Positions 54,541 to 63,742 of a stretch of DNA of 64,000 bases are shown in pieces. The DNA lies in contig CAWHPR010000003.1 in the NCBI GenBank assembly GCA_963831295.1, positions 387,746-451,745 of the forward strand, given 5' to 3'. The translations under genes were made by a program, and so were the position numbers. Below the pieces are notes generated by a model. That model ran no database searches. It had not been told where the DNA came from and saw nothing but the letters and a program-made list of their open reading frames with translations. This DNA is from an uncultured Thermoleophilia bacterium. Its GTDB lineage: Bacteria > Actinomycetota > Thermoleophilia > UBA2241. Position 1 is the stretch's first letter; each line of letters begins with the position of its first letter.

Positions 54541-55470
54541 TCAGGCGGGGTCGCCGGCTGCGTCGAAGCCGAGCCGGCGCACCTCTTCGACGAGCTCGAC
54601 CCCGCGCTGCTCGCGCACGCGGCGCCTGACCTCGTTGGAGAGGGCGAGCACGTCGTCGGCCTTCGCGCCCGGCAGGGCGACGAGGAAGTTGGCGTGCTTG
54701 GTGCTCACCTGCGCCCGGCCCAGGGTGAGACCCTTGAGCCCGGCCTCCTCGATCAGCTTGGCCGCGGGGAGCTCACGGGACGGGTTCTTGAAGTAGCTCC
54801 CGCAGGAGCCGTACTCGAGCGGGTGCTTGCCGCGGCGCAGCTCGGCGTCGCGGGCGATCTCTTCGAGCAGCGCGCTGCGCTCGCCGCCGTGGAGCGCGAA
54901 GCTCGCCTCGAGCACGACGACGTCGCGACGGCGCTTGAGGAGGCTGGTGCGGTAGCCGAAGTCGAGATCCTCGGGGCCGACGTCGCGGATCACCCCGCCG
55001 TCGAGCAGGCGCGCGCGGACGAGCACGTCGCCCACCGCGCGCCCGTACGCCCCGGCGTTGCCGACGACGGCGCCGCCGACCGAGCCGGGGATGTTGCCCG
55101 CGTACTCGAGGCCGGCCAGGCCGCCTTCGGCGAGGCCGGCCACGACGTCGTGCAGGTTCGCCCCGGCCCCCACGGTCAGCACCTCGCCGTCGAGTCGCTG
55201 CGCGTCGTTGCGGGCGAGGACGATGAGGCCGGCCAGGCCGGCGTCGGCGACGAGCACGTTGGTGAGCCTGCCGAGCACGGTCAGCGGCATGGCGAGGTCG
55301 CGCGCGACGGCGACCGCGCGCACGAGCGCGTCCGTCGTCGTCGCGCGGTAGAGGAACTCGGCCGGACCACCGACGCCGTAGGTGCAGAGGGGCGCGAGCG
55401 GGACGGCCTCTTCGAGGCCGGGGAGCTCGCGCCTCAGAGTCTCCCTGAGTTCGCTCACGGGGCTCATCAT
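54541..55470 (-). CDS. murB: UDP-N-acetylenolpyruvoylglucosamine reductase MurB, intact
   Basis: The last 310 aa of ORF 54541..56715: MMSPVSELRETL..PLAPLCTYGVGGPAEF..TVLGRLTNVLVAD..GLEYAGNIPGSVGGAVVGNAGAYG..GSCGSYFKNP..STKHANFLV. Confidence 0.85.
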   Translation of the reverse strand: MMSPVSELRETLRRELPGLEEAVPLAPLCTYGVGGPAEFLYRATTTDALVRAVAVARDLAMPLTVLGRLTNVLVADAGLAGLIVLARNDAQRLDGEVLTVGAGANLHDVVAGLAEGGLAGLEYAGNIPGSVGGAVVGNAGAYGRAVGDVLVRARLLDGGVIRDVGPEDLDFGYRTSLLKRRRDVVVLEASFALHGGERSALLEEIARDAELRRGKHPLEYGSCGSYFKNPSRELPAAKLIEEAGLKGLTLGRAQVSTKHANFLVALPGAKADDVLALSNEVRRRVREQRGVELVEEVRRLGFDAAGDPA

Positions 55471-55521
55471 ACCTGCGCGAGGGGGTATGCTTCGCTGGTC
55501 AGTCACGGGACGGAGCGGCTC

Positions 55522-56883
55522 ATGAGCGACGAGGACACGAGGGCGAACGCGGGCTCGATCGACGCCGAGGGGGCCGCGAGCGGTGGGCAGGGCTTCGAGA
55601 CGCTCGCGCTGCACGCCGGGCACACGCCCGACGCGGCGACGGGCGCGCGCGCGGTGCCGATCTACCAGTCGACCTCGTTCGTCTTCGACGACGCGGAACA
55701 AGCCGCGAAGCTCTTCGCCCTCGAGGCGGAGGGCCACATCTACACGCGCATCTCGAACCCGACGACCGCCGTGCTCGAGGAGCGCGTGGCGGCGCTCGAG
55801 GGCGGGGTCGCGGCGGTCGCCTTCTCGTCGGGCCAGGCCGCCCTGACGGCCGCCGTCCTCAACCTGGCCGGCGCCGGCGACCACTTCGTCTCCGCCGCCG
55901 CCGTCTACGGCGGCACCCACACGCTCTTCCGCCACACCCTGCGCCGTCTCGGCATCGAGGTCGCCTTCGTCGACGGGACCGATGCCGAGGCGTTCCGCGC
56001 GGCCATCCGGCCGAACACGCGCTTCGTCTACGCGGAGACGGTCGCGAACCCCAAGCTGGACACGCTCGACATCGCGGCGGTCGCCGAGGTCGCGCACGAC
56101 GCCGGCCTGCCGCTGATCGTCGACAACACGATGCCGACGCCGTACCTGCTGCGGCCGCTCGAGCACGGCGCGGACATCGTCTTCCACTCGCTGACCAAGT
56201 TCCTCGGCGGCCACGGCACGTCGATCGGCGGCGCCCTGGTCGACGGCGGCCGCTTCGACTGGGCGTCGAGCGGCCGCTTCCCCGGCTTCACCGAGCCTGA
56301 CGAGTCCTACCACGGCCTCGTCCACTGCGAGGCTTTCGGGGCGGCCGCCTTCGCCGGCAAGGTGCGCACGCAGCTGCTGCGCGACATGGGCGGCAGCCTG
56401 TCGCCCCTCAACGCCTTCCTGATCCTTCTCGGCGTCGAGACGCTGTCGCTGCGCATGCAGCGCCACAGCGAGAACGGGCTGGCGGTGGCGCGGGCACTCG
56501 AAGCGGACCCGCGCGTGCGTCGCGTCCTCTACCCCGGCCTCGCCTCGCACCCCACGTACGAGACGGCGCGACGCTACCACCACCGCGGTCTCTACGGCGC
56601 GATGATCGGTATCGAACTCGTGGGCGGGCGCGACGCCGGCCGCTGCTTCGTCGAGACGCCCGGCCTCTTCTCGCACCTCGCCAACATCGGCGACGCCAAG
56701 TCGCTCGCCATCCACCCGGCCTCAACGACGCACTCGCAGCTCAGCGCGCAGGAGCTCGAGGCGGCCGGCGTGAGCGAGGCTTTCGTGCGCCTCTCGATCG
56801 GCCTCGAGACGCTCGACGACATCCTCGCCGATCTCGATGCGCGGCTGGTCTCGTGCGCCGCAGGCAGGAAGGCGCCCGGATGA
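55522..56883 (+). CDS. metY: O-acetylhomoserine sulfhydrylase (PLP-dependent, MetY/Cys-Met family), intact
   Basis: [93 protein letters not shown]. Confidence 0.85.
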   Translation: MSDEDTRANAGSIDAEGAASGGQGFETLALHAGHTPDAATGARAVPIYQSTSFVFDDAEQAAKLFALEAEGHIYTRISNPTTAVLEERVAALEGGVAAVAFSSGQAALTAAVLNLAGAGDHFVSAAAVYGGTHTLFRHTLRRLGIEVAFVDGTDAEAFRAAIRPNTRFVYAETVANPKLDTLDIAAVAEVAHDAGLPLIVDNTMPTPYLLRPLEHGADIVFHSLTKFLGGHGTSIGGALVDGGRFDWASSGRFPGFTEPDESYHGLVHCEAFGAAAFAGKVRTQLLRDMGGSLSPLNAFLILLGVETLSLRMQRHSENGLAVARALEADPRVRRVLYPGLASHPTYETARRYHHRGLYGAMIGIELVGGRDAGRCFVETPGLFSHLANIGDAKSLAIHPASTTHSQLSAQELEAAGVSEAFVRLSIGLETLDDILADLDARLVSCAAGRKAPG

Positions 56884-58088
56884 CGTCGCCGGGGCACAGC
56901 GGCAAGGCGATCGGCGACGTGCCCGGCGGGACCGATCCCGACGCGGGCTCGGCCGGCATCGTCCGCACGAAGCACGTCACCTTCGACGAGCCGGGCCGGG
57001 CGCTCGAGCTCGAGGGCGGGGGGGCGCTCTGGCCGCTGACCATCGCCTACGAGACCTACGGCACGCTCAACGCGGCGCACGACAACGCCATTCTCGTCTG
57101 TCATGCCCTGTCGGGCGATGCGCACGCCGCCGGCCGCCACAGCGCCAACGATCGGCGCGCCGGGTGGTGGGACATGCTGATCGGGCCCGGCAAGGGTCTC
57201 GATACCGAGCGCTACTTCGTCATCTCGACCAACGTCATCGGCGGGTGCAGCGGCTCGACCGGGCCGGCGTCGATCGACCCGGCCACGGGCAAGCCCTACG
57301 GCACCCGGTTCCCGATGATCACCATCGCCGACATGGTCGACGCCCAGGCGATGCTGCTCGACCACCTCGGCATCCCCAAGCTGCTGGCCGTGGTCGGCGG
57401 CTCGATGGGCGGGATGCAGGTGCTGCAGTGGGCGATCGCGCACCCCGAGCGCGTGCACGTGGCGATCCCGCTGGCGACGGCCGCCCGGCAGCCGACGCAG
57501 GCGATCGCCTTCAACGAGGTCGGGCGCCAGGCGATCATGGCCGACCCGGACTGGCGCGGCGGCGACTACTACGGCGGTAGGCCGCCGTCGAAGGGGCTCG
57601 CCGTCGCCCGCATGGTCGGCCACATCACCTATCTCTCCGACGAGGCCATGCAGGAGAAGTTCGGCCGCCGTCTGCGCGACATCCACGACTACTCGTTCAC
57701 CTTCTCGGCCGATTTCGAGGTGGAGAGCTACCTGCGTCACCAGGGGCTCTCGTTCACGAGCCGCTTCGACGCCAACAGCTACCTGTACATCTCGCGCGCG
57801 CTCGACTACTTCGACCTCGCGCGCGGCAGCCGCAGTCTCGTCGACGCCTTCCGCGACGTCACCGCGCGCTTCCTCGTCATGGCCTTCTCGAGCGACTGGC
57901 TGCACCCCCCGTACCAGCTCAAGGAGATCGTGGGGGCGCTGCGCGCGACCTACAAGCACGTGAGCTACTACGAGGTCGAGTCGCACTACGGGCACGACGC
58001 GTTCCTGCTCGAGCGCGAGAAGATGGAGGGCATCATCGGCACCTTCCTCGCGAGCGGGGCGCGCAGCTTCACGCCGCCCGGCGAGTGA
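56880..58088 (+). CDS. metX: Homoserine O-acetyltransferase MetX, intact
   Basis: ATG 56880 overlaps the metY stop (ATGA). Sequence: [85 protein letters not shown]. Confidence 0.9.
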   Translation: MTSPGHSGKAIGDVPGGTDPDAGSAGIVRTKHVTFDEPGRALELEGGGALWPLTIAYETYGTLNAAHDNAILVCHALSGDAHAAGRHSANDRRAGWWDMLIGPGKGLDTERYFVISTNVIGGCSGSTGPASIDPATGKPYGTRFPMITIADMVDAQAMLLDHLGIPKLLAVVGGSMGGMQVLQWAIAHPERVHVAIPLATAARQPTQAIAFNEVGRQAIMADPDWRGGDYYGGRPPSKGLAVARMVGHITYLSDEAMQEKFGRRLRDIHDYSFTFSADFEVESYLRHQGLSFTSRFDANSYLYISRALDYFDLARGSRSLVDAFRDVTARFLVMAFSSDWLHPPYQLKEIVGALRATYKHVSYYEVESHYGHDAFLLEREKMEGIIGTFLASGARSFTPPGE

Positions 58089-58110
58089 GGTCGCGCCGGG
58101 GGCGCCGCCG

Positions 58111-59893
58111 ATGACGCGCGCCGGGCGACTCGGTCTGATCGCGGCCGTCTGCCTGCCGGCCGCACTCGCGGGCGGTCTCGCGACCGCGTTCGCGGAGAGC
58201 CCGTCGCCGTCGCCTGCCGGCAAGGTCGTGCTTCGTCTCGGCTGGACGGAGGAGCCCGACACCCTGAACCCCTACCTGAGCGCCGCTCGCACGAGCCGCG
58301 AGATCTGGGGTCTCGTCTACGACACCCTCGTCGACTACGATGCGGCGACCCTCGACGCGGCGCCCGGGCTGGCAACGACCTGGGAGCACTCGAGCGACGG
58401 GCTGATCTGGACCTTCAGCCTGCGCGACGGCGTGCGCTGGCAGGACGGGCAGCCCTTGCGGGCGCAGGACGTGGCCTGGACGTACACGTTCGCCCTGAGA
58501 CATGACGTCCCGCTCTGGCGGGACGCGCTCCAGGGTGTCTCGAGCGTCAAGGCCGTCGACGACCGCACGGTGCGCATCCGCTGCAGCCGGCCCAAGGCGG
58601 ACCTGGTCGACCTGCGTCTGCCGGTGCTGCCCGCCCACGTGTGGGGCAAGGTCGACGCCGAGGAGGTGCTGGCGGGGCTCGGGGGGGCGCCGCCGCTCGT
58701 CGGGAGCGGCGCCTTCCGCATCGTGACGTGGCGGCCCGGCAGGTCGATCCGGCTGGTCGCGAACGACGACTACTGGGGAGGGCGGCCGGCGGTCGACGAG
58801 GTCGTCTTCCGCGTCTACGACGATGCCGGCGCGATGGCCGACGACCTCGAAGCCGGCCGCCTCGACGGCGCCTGGGGGGTGCCGCGCGAGCGCTTCGGCG
58901 CGCTTGACGGCGGCGGCCGCACGGCGGCCGCCGCCGTGACGCCGGAGCTCGAGGCGCTGACCTTCAACTGCGCCGCGAAGGGCGGCCATCCGGCGCTGCG
59001 CGACGCCGCCGTACGGCGTGCGCTGGTCTGGGCGATCGACCGCGATTTGCTCGCAGAGACTGCGTACGGACCGGCGGCGAGGCCGGCGGGGAGCTTGCTC
59101 CCCGCCGGCCTCGCCGCCGGTCCCATCGACTACCACCGCGAGCTGCCCGAAGAGGCCACGGCCTTCGACCCCGCACGGGCGCGCGCCGCGCTCGACGCGG
59201 CGGGTTACCTTGACCGTGACGACGACGGCCGGCGGGAGGACGCTCTCCGGCCGTCCGCTCGAGCTTCGCCTGCTCGTCCGCGCCGCCTCGCCCGAGGGCT
59301 GCGTCGCCGCGGGGCAGATCGCCCGGTGGCTCGTCGCGGTCGGGGTGGCCACCGAGGTCGAGGAGCTCGATGACGCCGCTCTCGCGGCGCGCGTCTGGCG
59401 GACGATCGGGGGCGAGCCGCAGCCCGACTTCGACATGCTGCTCTGGGGCTGGCGCGGCGACATCGACCCGGACTTCCTGCTGTCGACGCTCTCGTCGCGC
59501 GCCGTCGGCGGCTGGAACCAGTCGGGCTGGTCCTCGCCCGCCTACGACCGGCTCTTCAGGGAGCAGGCCCAGACCCTTGACCGCGTGGCGCGCCGCGACC
59601 TGGTCTGGAGTCTGCAGGACCTGATCGTCGCGGAGGCGCCGGTGGTCCCCCTGGTCTACAGGCGCGTCCTCTTGGCGTACGATACGAGGCACTGGAGCGG
59701 CTGGACGCCGTCGCCCGCTGCGGAGGGCGGCGTCTTCTGCAGCTTCCAGATCGACTCCTACCTGCGGCTGCGGCCGCAGGACCCGGGGTTCGTCTGGGGG
59801 CTTCCGCTCTGGGCGGCGGCCGCGGCGGCGGCCGCGGCTCTCGGACTGGCGCTCGCGCTCGCCGTCGTCCTGTGGCGACGAGCGCGTCGCTGA
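58111..59893 (+). CDS. ABC-transporter family-5 (peptide/nickel-type) substrate-binding protein with C-terminal TM anchor; 1 frameshift near 59235
   Basis: Signal peptide MTRAGRLGLIAAVCLPAALAGGLATAFA. Then LRLGWTEEPDTLNPY..WTFSLRDGVRWQDGQPL..GSGAFRIVTWRPG..LVANDDYWGG. Then ORF 59018..59893 (..LSGRPLELRLLV..WGWRGDIDPDF..), ending in LPLWAAAAAAAAALGLALALAVVLWRRARR. Confidence 0.8.
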
Positions 59894-59911
59894 AGCGACG
59901 GGAGGCTGACG

Positions 59912-60505
59912 GTGGCCCGGCTCGACTACGAACTGATCGAGAGTCTCGTCCCCGAGGGGACCACGGTCCTCGACCTGGGCTGTGGCGACGGGCAGCTGCT
60001 CGAGGAGCTGATCGCCAAGCGGCGCGTGCGCGGCAGCGGCGTCGACGTCTCGCAGGCCGCGGTCGAGGCCTGCGTCGCGCGCGGCCTGCCGGTGTTCCAT
60101 GGAGACCTGGATGAGGGCCTGCACGGTTACGCAGACGACTCGCAGGACGTCGTCATCCTCAGTCTCAGCCTGCAGCAACTGCGGCGGCCACGGATGGTCG
60201 TGCGCGAGATGGTCCGCGTCGGCCGTCTTGCCATCGTCAGCTTCCCGAACTTCGCGCACTGGTCGCTCCGCTCCCAGTTGTGGTTCCGTGGCCGTATGCC
60301 GGTGTCGAAGGACCTGCCCTTCCAGTGGTGGGACACGCCGAACATCCACCTGTGCACGATCCGTGACTTTCGCGCCCTCTGTCGTGAGGAGGGGCTCTGC
60401 ATCGAAGACGAGATCGCGCTGCGCTCGCTCGACCGGGCGCCCACCCGCCTGCGACGTCCCAATCTCACGGCGCGCATCGCCATCTTCTCGGTGCGTCGCT
60501 GCTGA
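59912..60505 (+). CDS. metW: Methionine biosynthesis protein MetW, intact
   Basis: LIESLVPEGTTVLDLGCGDGQLL..VDVSQAAVEACVARGLPVFHGDLDEGL..SFPNFAHWSLRSQLWFRGRMPVSKDLPFQWWDTPNIHLCTIRDF. Confidence 0.85.
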   Translation: MARLDYELIESLVPEGTTVLDLGCGDGQLLEELIAKRRVRGSGVDVSQAAVEACVARGLPVFHGDLDEGLHGYADDSQDVVILSLSLQQLRRPRMVVREMVRVGRLAIVSFPNFAHWSLRSQLWFRGRMPVSKDLPFQWWDTPNIHLCTIRDFRALCREEGLCIEDEIALRSLDRAPTRLRRPNLTARIAIFSVRRC

Positions 60506-60638
60506 CGCGAGAGGGCGGGCGCGCCGCGCCGTGACCGCCTCCCTCCGGCATCGACTAGCAAGTCAGTACAGAGGGTAGGCTGGCAGGCGAGGCATCGCCG
60601 CCCTGGCGCCGGAGTACGCCGTCGTGTAGGAGGGGCTC

Positions 60639-61277
60639 ATGGTCGAGGACATCCACTGGCTGGGCCACGACTGCTTCCGGGTCGAAGGCACACACACCGT
60701 GTACTTCGACCCGTGGAGACTCGCCGCCGACGCCCCGCCCGCCGACATCGTCCTGGTCACCCACGATCACTACGACCACTTCGATATGGACGACATCCGC
60801 AAGATCGCCGGCGAGGGCACCGTGGTCGTGGGACCGCAGGTCGTGACCGATCAGGTCGCAGGGTTCGAGACGGTCACGGTGGCGCCGGGCGACACGGTCG
60901 AGGTCAAGGCTGCCAGGATCACGGCAGTCGCCGCCTACAACCTGACGAAGTTCCGCGAGCCCGGCGTGCCGTACCACCCGAAGGAGGCGGGCTACGTCGG
61001 CTACATCCTCGACATGGACGGCCGCACGATCTACCACGCCGGCGACACCGACGAGATCCCCGAGATGAGGGGGATCGAGGCCGACGTCGCGCTGCTGCCG
61101 GTCAGCGGCATCTACGTGATGACCGGCGCAGAGGCCGCAGAGGCCTGCACCGTCATCAAGGCCGACGTGGCGATCCCGATGCACTACGGCCTCGGGATCG
61201 GCAGCGAGGGCGACGGCCGGCGCTTGCGGCGCCTCTGCAAGATCCCCGTGCAGGTCCTCGAGATGGAGACCCGGTGA
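60639..61277 (+). CDS. Metallo-beta-lactamase-fold hydrolase (UPF0173-like), intact
   Basis: MVEDIHWLGHDCFRVEG..DIVLVTHDHYDHFD..YHAGDTD..DVALLPVSG..IPMHYG. GTAGGAGG precedes the ATG. Confidence 0.8.
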   Translation: MVEDIHWLGHDCFRVEGTHTVYFDPWRLAADAPPADIVLVTHDHYDHFDMDDIRKIAGEGTVVVGPQVVTDQVAGFETVTVAPGDTVEVKAARITAVAAYNLTKFREPGVPYHPKEAGYVGYILDMDGRTIYHAGDTDEIPEMRGIEADVALLPVSGIYVMTGAEAAEACTVIKADVAIPMHYGLGIGSEGDGRRLRRLCKIPVQVLEMETR

Positions 61278-61690
61278 CGGATGCCGCCTCGGATGCTGCA
61301 CCCAGAGTGGTGCGCATCGCTCCGAACGAGCAACTTAGCGTGCAGCTCAGCGTCGCCCGGCTGGGCGCCGCGCTCGGCATGGAGCAGCTGCGCGCGAACG
61401 TCTACTCGCTCGCGGAGGGCTCGATGTCGCAGCACCTCCACCGCCGGCAGGAGGAGCTCTACATCGTGCTCGACGGCACGGCCATGATCGACGTCGAGGG
61501 CGGCAAGCACAAGGTCGGGCCACGGGAGGCCATCGCCGTGCCGGCGCGGACGTGGCGCAAGGTGTCCAACGCGGGCGTTGGCCCGCTCATCTTCCTCTGC
61601 GTGGCCGCGTCGGCAGTCGATGACGACTCCGAGATCTCCCCGAGCGAGGACCCGGAGGCGGTGCGTCGTCTCTGGGGTCTGCGAAGCTGA
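61274..61690 (+). CDS. Cupin domain protein
   Basis: GTG 61274 overlaps the upstream stop (GTGA). Sequence: ..ANVYSLAEGSMSQHLHRRQEELYIVLDGTAMIDVEGGKHKVGPREAIAVPARTWRKVSNAG. Confidence 0.7.
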   Translation: MTDAASDAAPRVVRIAPNEQLSVQLSVARLGAALGMEQLRANVYSLAEGSMSQHLHRRQEELYIVLDGTAMIDVEGGKHKVGPREAIAVPARTWRKVSNAGVGPLIFLCVAASAVDDDSEISPSEDPEAVRRLWGLRS

Positions 61691-61721
61691 GCCAACCGCG
61701 TCGACCGAGAGAGGAGCCAGC

Positions 61722-62171
61722 ATGCTGAAAGAGGGCGACAGGGCGCCGGCCGTGACCGGCGCATCCTACGACGGGCGCGCCTTCGACCTGGGTTCGCCCG
61801 GCGTTCGGACCGTCCTGTTCTTCTACCTCAAGGCCGCGACCGGGGGCTGAACGACCGAAGCCGTTGAGTTCAACGGTCTGATCGACGAGTTCGAGGCGCT
61901 CGGCGCCCAGGTGATCGGCGCCAGCGTGGACCAGCCCGCGGCGAACGAACGCTGGGCACAGAAGCACGATCTGCGGATGCCGCTGATCAGCGACCCCGGG
62001 GAGCACGCGGTGGCGACCGCCTTCGGCGTCGCGCGGCCGCTCGTCGGCGTCGCCAAGCGGACGACGTGGCTGATCGACCCCGACGGCACCCTGCGCAAGG
62101 TCTACCCGAAGGTCACGCCCAAGGGCCACGCGGCCGACGTGCTCGCCGCGGCGAAGGAGATCTGGGGCTAG
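61722..62171 (+). CDS. bcp: Bcp-type peroxiredoxin with in-frame TGA (61848-61850) at the peroxidatic-Cys position: candidate selenocysteine peroxiredoxin
   Basis: ATG 61722 lies 5 nt after GAGAGGAG. MLKEGDRAPAVTGASYDGRAFDLGSPGVRTVLFFYLKAATGG-TGA-TTEAVEFNGLIDEFEALGAQVIGASVDQPAANERWAQKHDLRMPLISDPG..WLIDPDGTLRKVY. ORFs 61578..61850 and 61911..62171 are in the same frame (offset 63 nt). Bcp homologues carry ..GC(T/P)xE.. at this point. Confidence 0.7.
61861..61876 (+). other. Putative bacterial SECIS hairpin
   Basis: ccgttg agtt caacgg is a 6-bp stem with apical loop AGUU. It starts 11 nt after the UGA, which is the spacing of characterised bacterial SECIS elements. Confidence 0.4.
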
Positions 62172-62190
62172 CGAAGGTCGCCGGCCGCCC

Positions 62191-63282
62191 TCACCCTTCG
62201 TCGGGGAAGAGCAGGCGCCCGTCGCCGGGCGGGTCGCTCGCGTCAGCGTCGCTCGACGTCGCTTCGCTCGCGGCCCCCTCGCCCAGATAGACGAAGGTGT
62301 CGAGCATACGGCTGAAGGCCGACCAGCGCTCGCCGGCGCCGGCGGCGCGCTCGGCGTCGTCGACCGCCGCGACGCGCGCCGTCATGTCGTCGCAGTAGTG
62401 GACGACGACCGCCTCGCGCGTCATCGGCACGACGGGGCTGCCCTTCTCCTTCTCGCCGTGGTGAGCGACGATGATGTGACGCAGCCGCGAAGAGAGCTCG
62501 GCGGGAAAGCCGCCGATCTCGCCGATCAGCCCCCGGACCATGTCATGCCCGAGGACGATCTCGCCGTGCAGCCGCCCCACGTCGGTGAACCCGGGGGCGA
62601 GGGGGTCGGTCGAATAGCTCACTACCTTGCCGATGTCGTGCAGCAGCCCGCCGGCGACCACCAGGTCGCGGTCGACGGTCGGCAGACGCTCGGCCACGCC
62701 GGCTGCCACCTCGGCGACGACCACGGAGTGCTCGAACAGGCCGTGGCGATACGCGTGGTGGTTGCGCACCGCGGCCGGGGCGATCAGGAAGGTGGCGCCG
62801 GGCTCGCGGCCCGGGTCGAGAGCACGCTCGAGCAGGGCACGGACGTGCGGCTCGACCACGCTCCCGATGAGCGCCGCGAGCCGCTCGCCGAGCTCGTCGA
62901 CGCCGATCGGCGACACGGGTATCAGGGCGGCGGCGTCGTACTCGCCGTCATCGAGCGTCCTCAGACGGTCGACGACCAGCTGCGCCCCCCACTTGGGGTC
63001 GATCTTGTAGCGACCGCGGACCTTGACCACGCGCCCCGGGGCGAGCGTCGCGAGCACCTCCTCGGACGGGTCGAAGTGCACACCCTTCACCTGCCCCGTG
63101 GCGTCGAGGAGGGTGAGATTGACCATCGTGCCGCCGTTCTTGGTGGTCCTGACCTCGCGCTCCGGGCAGATGAAGTAGCTCGTCACCGTCTGTCCGTCGA
63201 CGAGGTCGGTGACACTTGTCCGCCCCGCCCCGGCGTCATCCTGATCTCGTGCCCCCTCGGGCCACGCGTCGCTCAGCTTCAT
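62191..63282 (-). CDS. OB-fold + HD-domain protein (YhaM-like 3'-5' exoribonuclease family), intact
   Basis: ..DGQTVTSYFICPEREVRTTKNGGTMVNLTLLDATGQVKGVHFD (OB fold). Then ..HHAYRHGLFEHSVVV..GGLLHDIGK..RLRHIIVAHHG (HD motifs). Confidence 0.75.
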   Translation of the reverse strand: MKLSDAWPEGARDQDDAGAGRTSVTDLVDGQTVTSYFICPEREVRTTKNGGTMVNLTLLDATGQVKGVHFDPSEEVLATLAPGRVVKVRGRYKIDPKWGAQLVVDRLRTLDDGEYDAAALIPVSPIGVDELGERLAALIGSVVEPHVRALLERALDPGREPGATFLIAPAAVRNHHAYRHGLFEHSVVVAEVAAGVAERLPTVDRDLVVAGGLLHDIGKVVSYSTDPLAPGFTDVGRLHGEIVLGHDMVRGLIGEIGGFPAELSSRLRHIIVAHHGEKEKGSPVVPMTREAVVVHYCDDMTARVAAVDDAERAAGAGERWSAFSRMLDTFVYLGEGAASEATSSDADASDPPGDGRLLFPDEG

Positions 63283-63365
63283 CCCGCCTCCTTGGTCGCG
63301 GCGAGACTAGCAGACGCGCGGCAGCGCTCCGAGCCTCGCGACGGTGACGTTCGTGTCTCCCGCGC

Positions 63366-63644
63366 TCAGTCGCCTTCGGCGCGGATCGCCGCGATCTCGG
63401 CCTCCTTGTCGGCCACGATCTGCTTGGCCTCGCGCACCTTCGCGATCGCGTCCTCGAGGCCGGGGTGGGTGAGCTCGCCGGCGTCGATGAGGCCGAAGGC
63501 GTCGTGTCCGAGCTGGTCGATGGCCTTCTCGACGTCTCCCTGCAGGGACTTCAGCTTCACCTGCGCGGCCGTCACCTTGCCGGCGCGACCGGCATCGTCG
63601 GCGAGGTCCCCTGCCTTCTCCTTGATCGTGTCGAAGATCCCCAT
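63366..63644 (-). CDS. Small helical protein of unknown function (92 aa)
   Basis: AGAGGAGG lies 5 nt before ATG 63644. The sequence is MGIFDTIKEKAGDLADDAGRAGKVTAAQVKLKSLQGDVEKAIDQLG..KEAEIAAIRAEGD. Confidence 0.55.
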   Translation of the reverse strand: MGIFDTIKEKAGDLADDAGRAGKVTAAQVKLKSLQGDVEKAIDQLGHDAFGLIDAGELTHPGLEDAIAKVREAKQIVADKEAEIAAIRAEGD

Positions 63645-63742
63645 GCGTCCTCCTCTGTCGTGGTGCGTACAGTATGACACCGCGCGGCGAGCGTGGCGGC
63701 GTCGGTCTCCCCTACGTACCCATCTCGGGCTTCATCCTGACC

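Noticed and set aside
55471-55521. A SAM or other riboswitch upstream of metY-metX.
   Set aside because: The gap to the divergent murB start is only ~50 nt, which is too short for any known methionine-related riboswitch.
54541-56715. A 724-aa minus ORF overlapping metY.
   Set aside because: Only the last 310 aa (MurB, from MMSPVSEL..) are real. The upstream 414 aa are antisense to metY.
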